DNA of 64,000 nucleotides from Escherichia coli (GTDB lineage Bacteria; Pseudomonadota; Gammaproteobacteria; Enterobacterales; Enterobacteriaceae): NCBI RefSeq assembly GCF_003991155.1, contig NZ_CP031293.1; one strand, 5' to 3'. Shown piece by piece: positions 62,682 to 64,000 of this stretch (position 1 is its first letter; each line of letters starts with the position of its first letter). The notes under the pieces were generated by a model. It saw only the letters and a program-made list of their open reading frames with translations, ran no database searches and was not told where the DNA came from. The position numbers and the translations under genes were made by a program.

Positions 62682-63626
62682 TCAGTTCTCTGTTCTGGCG
62701 CTTAACGAGCCAAATCCGGCAATCCACTCCGGGATTGGGCGGTAATAACGCCCTTCGCTACGCCAGTTGCCAAACGCAGAAATAGCGGCAAAAGCGGCGA
62801 CCCAGGTTTTGATTTCATGTGTCGACTTTCCGGCAATGGCGGAAAGCTCTTCGTTACTGACGGCATCCAGTTCCTGTATGCGTCCCTGCTCCAGCAAAGT
62901 CATGAACTGGTTATCCCAAATCGGGTTGAGCGGATGCAGCGTTCTCTGATCCTCAACAAACTTCTCAGCGGCGCTAATCACCCGTTGCTGACGCAATTCG
63001 CGCTCACTGGCGGGTAAATCTTTCCCGCTCCCCAATAGACGGTCGCGCATATGGGCATCGGCTTTCGCCAGTTCTGGCACCGGCGGCTGATGGGAAAGCC
63101 CACCGGACCCAAGGAACAGCACGCGTTTATTGAGAGTGCTGGTGAAACGTCCAATGGCTTCCCCCAACATGCGGGTACGCTGGAAACCGGGCAGCGGCGT
63201 GGCGACACCGTTGATGAACACCGGCAGTACTGGCACCTTATCCAGCCCGCCGAGCAGGAACTCCAGCGGCTGGGCGAACCCGTGGTCCACCTGCATACAG
63301 TAAGAAACGGCAAGATCGATCCCGCTCTTCATGACGGCATGCGCACAGGCCTCCGCCAGCTCCACAGGCACGGGCAGCTCACCTGCCGCACTGCCGAAAT
63401 CACCAATTGCCGTCGCTCCAACGCCTAAACAGAACGGTGGCATCACGTCATAGAAAAAGCCGTTGTAGTGATCTGGCGCAAACAGCACCACCAGTTCAGG
63501 GGAGAAAGCCGCAATACGCTCGCGGGCGCTGGCAATCACACCATTGACCTCATCGAGTACCTCTTGCGCCGGGTCGACATATCCCACCAGCGGCGAGTGG
63601 GAAAGACAGTGAAGATAAGCGTGCAT
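62682..63626 (-). CDS. mhpB: 3-(2,3-dihydroxyphenyl)propionate 1,2-dioxygenase (extradiol)
   Basis: 314 aa, [59 protein letters not shown]... Confidence 0.95.
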
Positions 63627-63627
63627 A

Positions 63628-64000
63628 TCAGGCTACCTTTTCGACAGAAACGTCGGCATCAGGGCGGGTCAGCGTCATCACCGACGCCAGTTTATTCAGG
63701 GTCTTGCCCAGGGTTTGCGGAATGGCGGTGGCGGCAACAAAGCGATCCGGGCGCATCACCACCAGCGAAGCATTGTGTTGCGCGAACCAGCTACGCAGGC
63801 GACCTTGCGTATCCCCCACGCGTAGTACGCCGTCGTGGTTATCCTGTGCGGTATGAATTTGCACTTCCGGCACCACCTGAATGAAGCGTGTGCCCAACGC
63901 GCGCCACTGCTGGATTTGCTCGTCGCTCATCCCCCACAGTGGATTGCATCCCCAGCCAATTACCGCGAAGTTCGCGCCGATCGCGTTATCGAGCAGCGTC
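63628..64000 (-). CDS. mhpA: 3-(3-hydroxyphenyl)propionate hydroxylase, C-terminal part only (gene continues past the window end)
   Basis: C-terminal ORF ...[99 protein letters not shown] ends at 63628 and is open at the right edge. Confidence 0.85.
   Translation of the reverse strand, partial: TLLDNAIGANFAVIGWGCNPLWGMSDEQIQQWRALGTRFIQVVPEVQIHTAQDNHDGVLRVGDTQGRLRSWFAQHNASLVVMRPDRFVAATAIPQTLGKTLNKLASVMTLTRPDADVSVEKVA

Overview
This window reads as an Escherichia coli chromosomal segment, in the reverse orientation to the K-12 map as I recall it: yajI-tsx-yajD-secFD-yajC-tgt-queA-acpH-malZ-proY-brnQ-phoRB-sbcDC-araJ-mak-rdgC-ppnP-aroM-yaiA-aroL-yaiI-proC-dgcC-psiF-phoA-iraP-ddlA-yaiZYW-sbmA-ampH-yaiV-yaiT-hemB-tauDCBA-yaiSPXO-frmRAB-yaiL-mhpTEFDCBA. 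Gene identities are recognised from the translated ORF track by memory of the E. coli proteins; no search was run. Against that core background three insertions stand out. The most interesting is a visibly AT-rich, 481-aa ORF of unknown function wedged between the convergent acpH and malZ genes, with an in-frame 12-nt tandem repeat; it is my best candidate for an undescribed accessory or defence function. The second is a ParD/ParE-like toxin-antitoxin pair between yajD and secF. The third is an IS200/IS605-family element (about 187..1939) inserted in yajI, with an intact tnpB and a frameshifted tnpA. The autotransporter yaiT and the yaiS-yaiP-yaiX-yaiO cluster appear intact here, whereas I recall both being IS-disrupted in K-12. 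No rRNA, tRNA or CRISPR array was seen. Coordinates taken from the ORF track are reliable; those read by eye from the sequence (IS ends, hairpins, operator sites) may be off by a few bases.
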